NCBI RefSeq assembly: GCF_018350175.1
Contig: NC_058382.1
Span: 56,422,001-56,486,000 of the forward strand
Direction: 5' to 3'
DNA length: 64,000 nt
Source of the DNA: Felis catus
Taxonomy: Eukaryota
Shown here: piece by piece, positions 62,584-64,000 of the stretch
Layout: every line of letters begins with the position of its first letter
Numbering within the stretch: position 1 is the first letter of the stretch
Notes under the pieces: generated by a model
The model's database searches: none
Seen by the model: only the letters and a program-made list of their open reading frames with translations
Told to the model about the DNA's origin: nothing
Translations under genes and position numbers: made by a program

Positions 62584-63843
62584 AAAACTTGAATTTTTAA
62601 AGACAGAAAAATATTGCTTTATGACATCTTAAAGGTTTGTAGCTGTCCGAAGGTTGTGGTTGGTCCGGAGCTCTCCACACCTTCCTGGACCGCGGGCCCA
62701 CCAGGTTGGACAGAACCAAGCAGCAAATCACAAGCATTTGGGTTGATAGAACTTTGTGGTCCCTAAAGATGTACTCAAGCTGGAGAAACTACCCCTGTTC
62801 ATGGAGACTGGGCCAGACACACCTAAATAGCTTTCCTCAGAAACTGAAAAAGAAGAAGAAGCTGCCGAGGAGTCAATGTGGGAAATTCGGTCTGTTGACG
62901 GGGCCTGGGAGTTTCTGGCACCCCATCCTATGCGGGTCGGTCAACCACGTGGGGGTTTCAGAAGACACTGCTCCTCAGATAACGCAGCCTCCGGCAGGCG
63001 ACCTTCTTGTGCTCCATGCTCATTGGTGATGCTTGAAGAATAGGCTTTTGTCTCATCACCTCAGTACAAGTTTTATGGGGGAGCCAAAAGATGATATTTC
63101 CTGAACATTCCTTCACCCTGGTGATGGTGCATATCACTTCCTTAATCAAGCAAAATGGCTCTAAAACAATTCTTAAGAAGCCTAGAAGGTGGCCTGTTGG
63201 AAAGCAGTCACACAGGACTCTGTACAAGCAAAGACTTGCTTTAAAAATCTGGCTTCAAATTAACCCACCAATTGTGGATTCCTTGTGGAAGGAGGACTTC
63301 AACCACTGGGAGCAGCCATCCGTTTTCATGTGCAGACTATCCAAGGAGGCGAGTTTAATTATCTCCACATTCAACAGATAAGGACATTGAGCCTTAGGGG
63401 GTGAGAAAACTACCCTTGATCAGTTAGTACAGAGTCTGGAGCGTAAGCTCAACGTGTGCAGGTGTCAGAGCTCTTAACCGCTGACCCATAACGTCCTCCA
63501 AAGCCTGAGCTGCAAATGTCACCTCTGCCCATTTTGCTCACATTTCCTTCTCTTTCTCTGCAGCCCTTACCTGGAGTCACATCCTCCTTTCTCTAGCTTG
63601 GACCTTGAGTCTCTTCAAGTCAATCTCACACCCTCCAGCCTCCCCCCCACCAGGCCAGCCCATCTTCTGCATCACCACCACCACTGTCCTTCCAAGTCAC
63701 AGCCCTGCTTAAAAGTCCCAGTGACAACAGTTCTGCTGGGCAGGGTAGCAGGCAGAAAGGTGGCCTCAGGGGAAAAGCTGGTGTTAACCAAGGCTGGAAG
63801 AGGAGAGGATGTTCTGGAAAGCCAATATCGATGGAAGGGTTGG

Positions 63844-63891
63844 TTGATTTGAAACCTCTTATCTGTCTTGATTCGAAACCTCTTATCTATC
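63844..63891. repeat. 24-bp tandem duplication
   Basis: TTGATTTGAAACCTCTTATCTGTC / TTGATTCGAAACCTCTTATCTATC (2 mismatches). Confidence 0.9.
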
Positions 63892-64000
63892 TCAGGCCCT
63901 TTGGTGCATGCTTTTCCCTCTTCCTCCCACTCATCATTGGACTCACCACCCCCCCCCCCCCCACCGACTCCGCCACAGTCTACATACGGTTCCTTACTCT

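Larger units (their letters stand above)
13608..64000 (+). other. CDH13: CDH13 intron downstream of the exon (5' part)
   Basis: Begins GTGAGT; the next expected exon (LFVETTD...DQNDN) was not seen in the window. Confidence 0.85.

Noticed and set aside
1..64000. A novel multi-gene or prokaryote-like system (operon, CRISPR, defence island)
   Set aside because: The sequence is mammalian intron; there are no regularly spaced repeat-spacer arrays, and only one short ORF has recognisable host-protein similarity.

Overview
Mammalian, almost certainly felid, genomic DNA: it is dense in tRNA-derived CanSINEs with the cat-type (SINEC_Fc-like) body and (CT)n/A tail. The window lies inside CDH13 (T-cadherin), transcribed on the + strand. 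Only one coding exon is present (13455-13607, 153 nt, phase 0-0, middle of the EC1 domain, equivalent to human exon 5). The rest is intron with about 22 CanSINEs, L1, L2, MIR, MaLR/ERV solo LTRs, hAT DNA-transposon fossils and microsatellites. All other ORFs in the track look like noise or repeat translations. I found no evidence of a novel multi-gene system. The most notable items are: a CTCF motif cluster upstream of the exon; a candidate in-frame 33-nt microexon; two SINEs sharing a triplicated target site; a five-layer nested insertion; a 5'-inverted (twin-primed) L1; a sense-oriented structured solo LTR; and five MER20-like copies. Repeat family names come from recalled consensus sequences, not a database search, and boundaries of old repeats are approximate.
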